A stretch of DNA of 64,000 nt from Eledone cirrhosa. Its lineage: Eukaryota. Made by a program: the position numbers and the translations under genes. Under the pieces are notes generated by a model. That model saw only the letters and a list, made by a program, of their open reading frames with translations, searched no databases and was not told the origin of the DNA. Positions 1 to 12,936 of this stretch are shown here, in pieces. How positions within the stretch are numbered: the first letter of the stretch is position 1; the number at the start of each line of letters is the position of its first letter. Location: positions 39,184,001 through 39,248,000 of the forward strand of contig OZ024744.1 in the NCBI GenBank assembly GCA_964016885.1, written 5' to 3'.

Positions 1-286
1 TATGTATATATATATATGTATATATATATATGTATATATATATGTATATATATGTATATATATATATGTATATATATGTATATGTATATATATATGTATA
101 TATATATGTATATATATGTATATGTATATATATATGTATATATATATATATGTATAATATATATATATATATGTATATGTATATATATATGTATATATAT
201 ATATATATATGTATATGTATATATATATGTATATATATATATATATATGTATATGTATATATATATGTATATATATATATATGTAT

Positions 287-320
<34 letters not shown>

Positions 321-562
321 CGTATATGTATATATATATGTATATATATATATATGTATATGTATATATATATGTATATGTATATATATATGTATATATA
401 TATGTATATTGTATATATATGTATATATATATATATGTATATGTATATATAAATGTATATGTATATATATATGTATATATGTATATGTATATATATGTAT
501 ATATATATGTATATATATATATATGTATATGTATATATATATGTATATATATATGTATATAT

Positions 563-593
<31 letters not shown>

Positions 594-674
594 TATATGT
601 ATATGTATATATATATATGTGTATATATATATGTATATATGTATATGTATATATATATGTATATATGTATATGT

Positions 675-705
<31 letters not shown>

Positions 706-799
706 TATATATATATGTGTATATATATATGTGTATATATATGTATATATATATGTATATATATATATATATGTGTATATATATATGTATATATATATG

Positions 800-850
<51 letters not shown>

Positions 851-982
851 GTATATATATATGTATATATATATGTATATGTATATATGTATATATATAT
901 GTATATATATATGTATATATGTATATATATATGTATATATATATGTATATATATATGTATATATATATGTATATATATATAT

Positions 983-1015
<33 letters not shown>

Positions 1016-1219
1016 TATATATATGTATATGTATATATGTATATATATGTATATGTATATATATATGTATATATATATATATGTATATATATATATGTAT
1101 ATATATATATGTATATATATGTATATGTATATATATATGTATATATATATGTATATATATGTATATGTATATATATATGTATATATATATGTATATATAT
1201 GTATATGTATATATATATG

Positions 1220-1253
<34 letters not shown>

Positions 1254-1528
1254 TGTATATGTATATATATATGTATATATATATATATGTATATGTATAT
1301 ATATATGTATATGTATATATATATGTATATATATATGTATATGTATATATATGTATATATATATATATGTATATGTATATATATGTATATATATATATAT
1401 GTATATGTATATATATATGTATATGTATATATATATGTATATATATATGTATATGTATATATATGTATATATATATGTATATATATATATGTATATGTAT
1501 ATATATATGTATATATATATGTATATGT

Positions 1529-1559
<31 letters not shown>

Positions 1560-1590
1560 TATGTATATATATATGTATATATGTATATGT

Positions 1591-1621
<31 letters not shown>

Positions 1622-1836
1622 TATATATATATGTGTATATATATATGTGTATATATATATGTATATATATATGTATATATATATATATATGTGTATATAT
1701 ATATGTATATATATATGTATATATATATATATATGTATATATGTATATGTATATATATATATGTATATATATATGTGTATATATATATGTATATATATAT
1801 GTATATATATATATATATGTATATATGTATATGTAT
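1..1836. repeat. Degenerate (TA)n/(TATG)n microsatellite
   Basis: Almost pure alternating T/A with interspersed G on the + strand. The overlapping long ORFs are low-complexity artefacts. Confidence 0.98.
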
Positions 1837-2711
1837 ATAAATTGAAACAAAATGAAAACGAAATTTCATTTCTCACTCTTAGTATGGCACTTACTTAAAT
1901 GTAAGTATGCATGTATACGTACATACATATATGTATACAGACGTATAGTAGCATGCACATATATATATATATATACATATATACATACATATGCATACAG
2001 GTACACATACATATATGCACGTATCAGTTTAGCGGCGCTAACGTCGCTTTGTTCGTTTGTAAACAAACTGAACAGCCTGAATTTATGCCATACGGTGTTA
2101 AGGCAACCACGTCACCTTTTTGTTCAACACTGACACAGGAACGATGTACTAGTTTCAAGCTTGTTAGCTATCATCAGCACCGTTTACCCATCTGCCAGAT
2201 AGTTGAACGTTCGAAAGTATATACTTTCCTTATGAAAATTAACGGCTGAGCAGCCTAATTTGCATATTGAGTGAGTTAAATCGGTCAGGCATACCGAAAA
2301 CGATAAATTGAAACCAAATGAAAACGAAATTTCATTTCTCACTCTTAGTATGGCACTTACTTAAATGTAAGTATGCATGTATACGTACATACATATATGT
2401 ATACAGACGTATAGTAGCATGCACATATATATATATATATACATATATACATACATATGCATACAGGTACACATACATATATGCACGTATCAGTTTAGCG
2501 GCGCTAACGTCGCTTTGTTCGTAATAAATTCAGGCTGTTCAGTTTGTTTACAAACGAACAAAGCGACGTTAGCGCCGCTAAACTGATACGTGCATATATG
2601 TATGTGTACCTGTATGCATATGTATGTATATATGTATATATATATATATATGTGCATGCTACTATACGTCTGTATACATATATGTATGTACGTATACATG
2701 CATACTTACAT
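1835..2711 (-). mobile_element. 466-bp hammerhead-containing repeat (retrozyme-like), array 1: ~1.5 units plus an inverted arm
   Basis: Period 466 (identical ORF starts at 1852 and 2318). 2524-2711 is the reverse complement of part of the unit. Flanked by microsatellite on both sides. Confidence 0.85.
2140..2184 (-). ncRNA. Minimal type I hammerhead ribozyme
   Basis: Minus strand: AACGGUG-CUGAUGA-U-AGCU-AACA-AGCU-U-GAAAC-UA-GUA^CAUCGUU. 7-bp stem I, intact core, 4-bp stem II, palindromic ACUAGU stem III. Confidence 0.85.
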
Positions 2712-2781
2712 ATATGTATATATATATATGTATATATATATGTGTATATATATATGTATATATATATGTATATATATATAT

Positions 2782-2814
<33 letters not shown>

Positions 2815-3232
2815 TATATATATGTATATATGTATATATATATGTATATATATATGTATATATGTATATATATATTTATATATGTATATATATATGTATG
2901 TATATATGTATATATATATGATATATATATGTATATATATATGTATATATATATGTATATATATGTACATATATATGTATATATGTATATATATATATAT
3001 ATGTATATATGTCTATATATATATGTATATATGTAAATATATATGTGTATATATATGTGTATATATATGTGTATGTATATATATGTGTATATATATGTGT
3101 ATGTAAATATATATGTGTATATATATGTCTTTATATATGTGTATGTATATATATGTGTATATATATGTGTATGTATATATATGTGTATATATATATATGC
3201 ATGTATATATATATATATATATATGTATATAC

Positions 3233-3302
<70 letters not shown>

Positions 3303-3683
3303 GTATATATATGTATATATATATATATATGTATATATATGTATATATATATATATGTATATGTATATATATACACATATATATATACATATATATACAT
3401 ATATATATTTTCATATATATATATACACATATATATATATACACATATATATATTTTCATATATATATATACACATATATATATTTTCATATATATATAT
3501 ACACATATATATATATTCATATATATATAGATATATATATATACACATATATATATATACACATCTATATATATACACATATATACTCACACATATATAT
3601 ACTCACACATATATATACACATATATATACACATATATATTTACATATATACATATATATATATATAGACATATATACATATG
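2712..3683. repeat. (TA)n-derived microsatellite, switching from TATG-type to CATA-type near 3370
   Basis: Direct reading of the sequence. Confidence 0.95.
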
Positions 3684-4122
3684 TGAGTTACAAACGAAAC
3701 AAAATTTAATTTCGTTTCGTTATTTGTTTTTATCGTCTCCGTTGAACCGGTACGTACTCACACTATGCAAATTAGTCTGCCCACTACTAATTTTCATAGA
3801 AAAAGCATATAACGATATGTGCTTTTACGATTCTCCAGAAGGGCCGGTAGATAGGTAAATATTGCTGATGAGTTGTAACAACAACGAAACTAGTTCAATA
3901 TTCCTTGTCTGGCTTTCTGGAGAATAGAGGAAAGGTGTTTCCTCAAAAACCAGTATGACTCTAAAAACCGGTTTGTCTGTGTGTTTACATACAGAATAGC
4001 TGGATACTCACAGTAAAGTAACCAGTGAAAGACTTGGTACATCTACATATGTATACGTGTGTGTATTCATATGCATACTAGTATTTCAGTATACATATAT
4101 GGATGTACATTTTTAACTTAAT
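3684..4122 (+). mobile_element. Diverged relative of the 466-bp hammerhead repeat (single unit)
   Basis: Shares ordered blocks with the reverse complement of the 466-bp unit (ACTCAC..TATGCAAATTAG.CTGC, TAATTTTCATA..AAAG.ATATA, GG.AGAT.GGTAAA), followed by an HHR. Confidence 0.75.
3858..3902 (+). ncRNA. Minimal type I hammerhead ribozyme
   Basis: AAUAUUG-CUGAUGA-GUUGU-AACA-ACAAC-GAAAC-UA-GUU^CAAUAUU. Perfect 7-bp stem I, 5-bp stem II with G10.1-C11.1, palindromic stem III. Confidence 0.92.
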
Positions 4123-4384
4123 TGTATATATGTATATATATATATGTATATATATATATGTGTATATATATGTATATGTATATATATGTATGTATGTATA
4201 TATATATGTGTGTGTATATATATATATGTGTATGTATATATATATATATATGTGTGTATATATGTATATATATATATATAAATGTATATATATATATATA
4301 TATGTGTGTGTATATATATATATATGTGTGTATATATATATATATGTGTATATATATATATGTGTGTATATATATATATATGTG

Positions 4385-5486
4385 TCATTATCATCATCAT
4401 CAACGTTTAACGTCCGTGTTCCATGCTTGCATGGGTTTGGACGGGGGTAGTCCCACTTGAGGCAAGAGTGATTGTCTTGCTCGCATAGGACTGTCTGGCA
4501 GGTTTTCTACAGTTGGATGCCCTTCCTAACACCAACCACATTTACAGTGTGGGTCTGGGAGGTTTTTACCGTGTTGCCTACACGGCCACATTACAGCGTG
4601 GACTGTGTTTTTTTGTCGTGACACCTACACGATCTCATTTGTTTCGGCCTGGATGGCGCGGCACCAACATAACTTTACATAGAACGGGGTGGTGTGGATG
4701 GGGTGGGGGTGGTGGCGGGACGGGGTGTATTTTGTTAGAGATGCCTACTGGCAAGGCGGGTCTTCTCTGTTACTGAGTACCGCCAAAGGTCTAGGTCCAG
4801 TGACATTGTCTTGGAGAGGTGTAAGTGTGTGAGGTCGGAGTTTATCAGCTCATCCCAGGTTTTTCTAGGTCTGCCTATTCCGTGGCTACCGTCTATCTTT
4901 ATTGCCCTGCACTTTGTTATACAGCTATCGACTTTCATGCGCATCACGTGTCCATACCAACGCAGCCTTCTCTCGAGTAAACAACATCTGATCCCTCTTA
5001 TCTCTAATTTTTTCCTTAGTTCGTTTATGCTTTGCCGTTCACGTATATTACTGTTACACATCCAGCGGAGCATGCAAGCTTCGTTCCTCTCTAGTCTGCG
5101 TATATCCTCTGCACACAATGCCCAGGTCTCACTACCATGCAACATTGCTGTTCGTATGCAGGCATCGTACAACCTGTCTTTCATTTTTAGGGAGAACCCT
5201 TTAGCAGCTAATAGTGGTATAAGCTCTCTGAACTTTTTCCAACCAGTTCTGACTCTAGCTACAGTACTTTCAGAGCACCCTCCCACACTGCTGATTTTAT
5301 CGCCCAGGTAACGGAATCTGTCCACTATTTCTATAGAACCCTCTGCGCAATTGAAAGAGCTAGTATTTTGTGGGCACTTGCTGCTACTTATTGCACCAGA
5401 ACACCGGCCACATGCAAAATCTATGTTATTAGTTAGCTTACCTGTGATCCCACTACATCTTTTATGCACCCATACTTTGCATTTAG
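4385..5486 (-). mobile_element. RTE-clade LINE, family 1, 5'-truncated
   Basis: ORF 4735-5469 has FRYLG, MLHGSETW, RRLRWYGHVMR and GRPRKTW motifs. ~350-nt 3' UTR and (ATG)n tail. Confidence 0.93.
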
Positions 5487-5557
5487 GTGTATATATATAT
5501 ATTATATATATGTGTATATATATATATATATGTATATATATATTATATATATATATG

Positions 5558-5606
<49 letters not shown>

Positions 5607-5674
5607 GTGTGTATATATATATGTGTTATATGTGTATGTATATATATATGTGTATGTATATATATATGTGTATG

Positions 5675-5731
<57 letters not shown>

Positions 5732-6208
5732 GTGTATATATGTATATATATATATGTGTATATATGTATATATATATATATGTACATATATTTATATATA
5801 TGTGTATATATGTGTATATATTTATGTATATATATATATATATATGTGTATATATATATATATGTATATATATGTGTATATATATATGTATATATATGTG
5901 TGTATATATATGTGTATATATATATGTATATATATGTGTGTTTATATATGTGTGTATATGTGTATATATTTATGTATATATATATATATATGTGTATATA
6001 TATATAGTATATATATGTGTATATATATATATGTATATATATGTGTATATATATATGTATATATATGTGTGTTTATATATGTGTGTATATATGTGTATAT
6101 ATATATGTATATATATGTGTGTTTATATATTGTGTATATATGTATATGTATATATATGTATATATATGTATATATGTGTATATATGTATATGTATACATA
6201 TATATGTG

Positions 6209-6252
<44 letters not shown>
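5487..6252. repeat. (TA)n/(TG) microsatellite
   Basis: Direct reading of the sequence. Confidence 0.95.
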
Positions 6253-6257
<5 letters not shown>

Positions 6258-6287
6258 AACAAAAGATGGTTAAAGGAGTTCCACGTA

Positions 6288-6351
6288 TTTTATTATGCGC
6301 CTTTCAAAAACAAATATCATGCAATAGTATTTGTGTTTTCATCAGATAAAA
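6288..6351 (-). ncRNA. Type I hammerhead ribozyme (variant copy in PLE1 left arm)
   Basis: UUUUAU-CUGAUGA-long stem II-GAAAG-GCGC-AUA^AUAAAA. A G.A mismatch in stem III relative to the 9.5-kb copy. Confidence 0.7.
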
Positions 6352-9300
6352 CAGGAGGACATGATATGAAGGCTAAAAAACACTTTTGGATAGTGCAGTT
6401 TTAAATCAACATATGAGAAGTAATTTTAGATTGATATGTGATATTGGGAAATATATTTTATTTAGAGTGGGGTGGGGTGGAAAGGATGAAAAAAAGAGGA
6501 GGAGATGAGAGTGAAGGTGGAGAGGGAGGAGTATAGTGAGGAAGCATGAGATAGGAGGAGAGATGGGTGATAGAGAGAGAGAGATAGTTTTTATAACTGA
6601 GAAAGATATATTGTTTTACATAGAGAGGTTGAAAACCGTTGGAAGATAATGTATAAATTAAAAGAATTTGAAAATTAACGAAGAGAAAAAGAGAAAAATA
6701 TGTGCGAAGAAAGAGAAGGAGTTAATATGTATTGAGAATAATGAGTTAGATGATAGGGAGAAAAGAATAATGAATTGAGGATGAATAATCTAGCGTCAAA
6801 AAAAATGTATATGTTTACGAAGGATTTTACAAGGTGATATAGAGTAAGAGTAATGAGTAAACAAGTATTATAGAATGTATAATAACCTTTGAAATAAGGT
6901 AGAAAGATGGTATATTTTTAAAAGAAGTGTATATATATGTGACTTTGAGAAAAAGATTCTAAATTGATAAAGAATTGAATATTAGCTGTATACTTTGTGA
7001 AATGTTTTATGGAATTTATGCAAGCAGATAGAAAAAATGTCAGTGCGTCTATTTATTATAGAATCTAGATTAGAGATAATGTTCAATTTTTCATTTAGAC
7101 AGAGATTGCAGATTTTAGATAGAGAACTGTTTAAGTATGGAGACGCAGAAGAAACCTTCCTCCAAAAGATGCTATATTTAATGTTTTTGTCTTTCAAGGA
7201 CCATATGAGTTCTGAGAGAGCCGTGTTGGTTCTTTTAAGTTTGTATTTAAAAGATGAATGATGGTTATAAAGACGAGCTTTAAAAGAGGTGGAAGTGGAG
7301 CCAAAATAGGTGAAGGAATTGGTGTCAGTTATAACTTATACATTCGTAAATTAAGTTTTTATCAAGACAATGGTTGTTGAGAGGACATTTATTTTTAATA
7401 GGGCAATTGCAATTTCAATTAGAGAGATTATTAATGAGTGACCTAGTGTTATCTATAGAAGGAAGTGTATTGGAGAAGTTGTTTGCGATAGGAATAATAG
7501 TTTCTTGATTTAGAGTGGGATTATGAACATTTAGCGAAGTTGTGTTTGACGTTGTATTTGGGTTTGTAGAAATTAGCCTAGGGTTTACAATGACGTCGGG
7601 AGTACTATTATTATGAAATTCAGTGTTGGAAGGAAGAGATTTAGTATTTAGTATTTTATTGTTGTGTTTAGAGATAATGTTGGAAATGTTGGAGGATGTA
7701 GAACAAGAAAATTTTATGGTGTGTTTGTTAAATATTTTACTATAGATATGTGAGGGAGGGAAGCATTTATTTAAGGCACTAAAGAATAATTTAGGAATAT
7801 TGTTATTAATAGAGATGGAGAAAGGAGCATTATACCAAAATATTTTTTTGTATCTAGGTCTTTTGTTAAAATTATTGGAATGATGATGATTAATTATTCT
7901 ACTGTAAGTTCTTCTAGAATTTGTTTCTTTACTATATTTGATTTTATCAGGATAGCCGGCTTTAGAAAGCGCGTTATTATAGTAATTGGCGTTAGCATCA
8001 AAGATGTTTTTATTAGAAGATAGGTTAGATATTCTTTTTCCAATATTACTAACTATAGCATTCTTGATATTAGTAGGATGGTTAGATTTAAAGTTAACAT
8101 AATTTAGGTTCTCATTGCTTTTATAGGCCAGTGTCAAGGTTAAGAGATACATCCAAGAAATTAGCTAGTTTGATACTGTTATCAAATTCAATTTTTAGGT
8201 TATGTTGGTTAAAGAGATTACGTATATTGTTCTTAATAATATTAAGGTTAACTATATTGCAATTTAAGATAGTAAAGAGTCCATCGTCCTTCTGCGTCTT
8301 CATACTTGAACAGTTCTCTATCTAAAATCTGCAATCTCTGTCTAAATGAAAAATTTAACATTATCTCTAATCTAGATTCTATAATAAATAGACGCACTGA
8401 CTTGTTTTCTATCTGCTTGCATAAATTCCATAAAACATTTCACAAAGTATACAGCTAATATTCAATTCTTTATCAATTTAGAATCTTTTTCTCAAAGGCA
8501 CATATATATACACTTCTTTTAAAAATATACCCATCTTTCTACCTTATTTCAAAGGTTATTATACATTCTATAATACTTGTTTACTTATTACTCTTACTCT
8601 ATATCACCTTGTAAAATCCTTCGTAAACATATACATTTTTTTTGACGCTAGATTATTCATCCTCAATTCATTATTCTTTTCTCCCTATCATCTAACTCAT
8701 TATTCTCAATACATATTAACATTTTCTTTATCTTCGCACATATTATCAAATCCTTCAATATACAAACCTTAACTTTACATTATTTTTCTCAAATCCTTCA
8801 ATATACAAACCTTAACTTTACATTATTTTTCTCTTCGTTAATTTTCAAATTTCTATAATACCTGTTTTACTCTTTCTACATCACCCATATTTATCACTTC
8901 CTTTTCTTCTCTTCTAATATCTAACCACTAATCTGTACCTTTTCTCACTCTTGCCTAACATAGAATCAATTATTACATAATACAACACATTCTTACTCTA
9001 TATCACCTTATAAAAATCCTTCGTAAACATATACAATTGTTTTTGACGTTAGAATATTCATCCGCAATTCATTATACTTTTCTCCCTATCATCTAACTCA
9101 TTATTCTCAATACATATTAACTCCTTCTCTTTCTTCGCACATATTTTTCTCTTTTTCTCTTCGTTAATTTTCAAATTCTTTTAATTTATACATTATCTTC
9201 CAACGGTTTTCAACCTCTCTATGTAAAACAATATATCTTTCTCAGTTATAATAACTATCTCTCTCTCTCTATCACCCATCTCTCCTGCTATCTCATCCTT

Positions 9301-9490
9301 CCACACTATACTCCTCCCTCTCCACCTTCACTCTCATCTCCTCCTCTTTTTTTCATCCTTTCCACCACACCCCCCTCTAAATAAAATATTTTTCCCAATA
9401 TCACACATCAATCTAAAACTACTTCTCATATGTTGATTTAAAACTGCACTATCCACAAGTGTTTTTTAGCCTTCATATCATGTCCTCCTG

Positions 9491-9557
9491 TTTTATCTGA
9501 TGAAAACACAAATATTATTGCATGATGATATTTGTTTTTGAAATGCGCATAATAAAA
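9491..9557 (+). ncRNA. Type I hammerhead ribozyme (PLE1 right arm)
   Basis: UUUUAU-CUGAUGA-(~15-bp stem II, loop GCAU)-GAAAU-GCGC-AUA^AUAAAA. Palindromic AUGCGCAU stem III. Confidence 0.85.
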
Positions 9558-9705
9558 TACATGGAACTCCTTTAACCATCTTTTGTTCTTATATATTATG
9601 TATACTCCAGTCCCACAAACTGTAGAGTGCTTCTTATACGATATCTGCATTGCTTTATTGTACTACAATAAAACTCACCTCCTACATTATATATATGTAT
9701 ATATA

Positions 9706-9741
<36 letters not shown>

Positions 9742-9804
9742 GTATATATATATATGTATATATATATTTATGTATATATATATGTGTATATATATATATG
9801 TATT

Positions 9805-9835
<31 letters not shown>

Positions 9836-9914
9836 GTGTATATATATATATGTGTATATATATATATGTGTATATATATATATGTATTTATATATATATA
9901 TATGTATATATATG

Positions 9915-10023
<109 letters not shown>

Positions 10024-10134
10024 GTGTATATATATATATATGTGTATATATATATATATGTGTATATAAATATATGTGTATATATATATATATATGCGTG
10101 TGTATATATATATGTGTATATATATATATATGTG

Positions 10135-10165
<31 letters not shown>

Positions 10166-10167
<2 letters not shown>

Positions 10168-12700
10168 CATCATCATCATCGTTTAATGTCCGTATTCCAC
10201 GCTTGCATGGGTTTGGACGGGAGTTTTCCCACTTGAAGCAAGAGTGGTTGTCTTGCTCCCATAGGACTGTCTGGCGGGTTTTCTACAGCTGGATGCCCTT
10301 CCTAACACCAACCACATTTACAGTGTGGAACTGGGAGGTTTTTACCGTGTTACCTACACGAACACATTACAGTGTGGACTGTCTGGCCGGTTTTCTACAG
10401 CTGGATGCCCTTCCTAACACCAACCATGTTTACAGTGTGTACTGGCAGGTTTTTACCGTGTCGCCTACACGGCCACATTACAGCGTGGACTGTGTGTTTT
10501 TTGTCGTGACACCTACACGACCTCATTTGTTTCGGCCTGGATGTTGTGGCACCAACATAACTTTACATTGAAAGGGGCCGTGTGGATGGGGTGGGGGTAG
10601 TGGGACGGGGTGTATTTTGTTAGAGGTGCCTACTGACTAGTAGGTTTTACTTTGTATTTAGGTAAGGCGGGTCTTCTCTATTACTGTGTAGCGCCAAAGA
10701 ATTCGGTTCAGTGACATTGTCTTGGAGAGGTGTAAGTGTGTGAGGTCGGAATTTATCAAGTCGTCCCAGGTTTTTCTGTGTCTGCCTACTCCCTGTCTAC
10801 CGTCTATTTTTATTGCCCTGCACTTTTTTATACAGCTGTCGTCTTTCATGCGCATCACGTGACCATACCAACGTAGCCTTCTCTCGAGAAAACATCTGAT
10901 CCCTCTTATTTCTAATTTTTCCCTTAGTTCGTTTATGCTTTGCCGTTCACGTATATTACTATTACACATCAAGCGGAGCATGCAAGCTACGTTCCTCTCT
11001 AGTCTGTGTATATCATCTGCACACAATGCCCAGGTCTCATTGCCATGCAACATTGCTGTTCGTATGCAGGCATCATACAGCCTGCCTTTCATTTTTAGGG
11101 AGAACCCTTTAGTGGCTAATAGTGGTATAAACTCTCTGAACTTTTTCCATCCAGTTCTGACTCAGCTACTGTACTTTCAGAGCACCCTCCCCCACTGCTG
11201 ATTTCGTCACCCAGGTAACGAAGCTGTCCACTATTTCTATAGAACCATCTGTGCACCTGAGCACCGGCCACACATAAAATCTATGTTCTTAGTTAGCTTA
11301 CCTGTGATCCCACTACATCTTTTATGCACCCATACTTTGCATTTGGGACATAAAATGGAGTTTCTACCTACTCCTTTCCTACACACTGAGCATGGCCATT
11401 TCCCTGATGGGACCAGCGCCCTATTTTCCTTCCTACAAACTAGAACTTTAGTCTTAGACAGGTTAATTTTAAGGCCTTTTGATTCTAGGCCATGCTTCCA
11501 TGTTTGGAATTTCTTCTCTAGTTCGGCCATCGATTCAGCTATGAGCGTTAGATCATCTGTGTATAGGAGTTCCCATGGGCAGCCGGTCTTGAACTCCACT
11601 GTTATAGCCTGAAGGGCAATAATAAATAGTAGGGGGCTAAGAACGGAGCCCTGATGAACACCAACTTTTACGCTAAACTCTTCATTATATTCGTTGTTAA
11701 TTCTAAACATGGCTTGTATAGCTCTCACAAGCCATTCATCAACACCTAGTTTTCTAAGAGCCCACCAGATAATGGAACGGGGGACACTGTCTAAGGCTTT
11801 CTCCAAGTTAACAAAAGCTAAGTATAGGGGTTTACTTTTAGCTAGGTACTTCTCCTGTAGTTGTCGTACAATGAAAAGAGCGTCTGCAGTACTTTTGCCT
11901 GACCCAAACCCGAACTGCATTTCATCTAGATCAATTCTCTCTCTGATTAGTTGCGCTATTACTTTTTCTGTGACCTTCATGACCTGGTTGATTAATTTAA
12001 TGCCTCTATAGTTACTCCTATCTAGGGCATCTCCTTTTCCCTTGTAGCAGTTAATGATGATGCTGCTATGCCAGTCCTTCGGAACAACCCCATTCTGTAT
12101 TACTATCCGGGTGACCATGGTGTGTCCCACCATTCAAGAAGCTTTCAGCATTTCAGCAACTATTTCCGAAGGCCCAGCCGCCTTACCCGTCTTCATATCT
12201 TTGATTGCCTTACTTATTATACTATCTTCGACTAACACTGCTGGTCCCTCTATTGGGTCGATGTGGGGGAGACTGTCTTTCTCCCATTTATTCTCCTCAT
12301 TTAGTAGCCTTTCGTAGTGACACTTCCAAGCTACCTTCTTATCAGCGTCAGTGATGGCAAGTACACCATCATCATTAAGTACACACTTCTCCCTGACAAT
12401 ATCACGGTTTTCTTTGACACATTGCCTAGCAATCCTGAACACCTCACGTTTTTGGTCCTCGCATTGTTGAACATGCTTGAACTTTCTTTCCTCTGCTTCC
12501 CTTCTTGCGAAGTACACCTGTCTCCTAGCTTCCCTCCTAGCCACTTGATAGTCTTCTCTACTTCCCCCATCCCGCCATACTTTCCAAGCCTGCTTTTGGG
12601 CCTTAATTGACTCCTCCACCTTACTGTTCCACCACCATGTTACTCTCCTCCTGCCTACAGGCCTGCTCCAGCCACAGACTTCGTCTGCCGCCATCAGCAG
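10166..12700 (-). mobile_element. RTE-clade LINE, family 1, 5'-truncated, disrupted
   Basis: ORF pieces 12134-12694, 11237-12133 ([16 protein letters not shown]) and 10658-11092. A ~115-nt block of the 3' UTR is duplicated. (ATG)n tail. Confidence 0.93.
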
Positions 12701-12709
12701 CGTTGCTTA

Positions 12710-12758
<49 letters not shown>

Positions 12759-12936
12759 ATATATATAAATGTGTATATATATACATGTGTGTATATATAT
12801 ATATGTGTGTATATATATATGTGTATATATATATGTATATATATATATGTATATATATATATGTATAAATATGTATGTATATATATATATGTATATATAT
12901 ATATGTATATATATATATGTGTATGTATGTATATAT

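Larger units (their letters stand above)
6253..9690 (-). mobile_element. Penelope-like element 1, 5'-truncated, with a long inverted copy of its 3' region
   Basis: Minus-strand fragments encode the RT end (DDGL..NFLDVSLNL, SNHP), a CNC..CPL..C linker and GIY-YIG (YFGST..FKARL..H, CNLC..E..C.H) with frameshifts. 8290-9592 is an inverted copy of 6253-7151, followed by a ~95-nt tail. Confidence 0.9.

Noticed and set aside
16-1898. Long 480-609 aa ORFs, and all similar YI/YM/CI-rich ORFs in the window
   Set aside because: Alternating purine-pyrimidine microsatellites contain no stop codons, so these are not genes.
4811-5311. Antisense ORFs over RTE copies (also 20022-20468, 25003-26118, 45807-46307)
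   Set aside because: Shadow ORFs of the RT reading frame, with no independent evidence.
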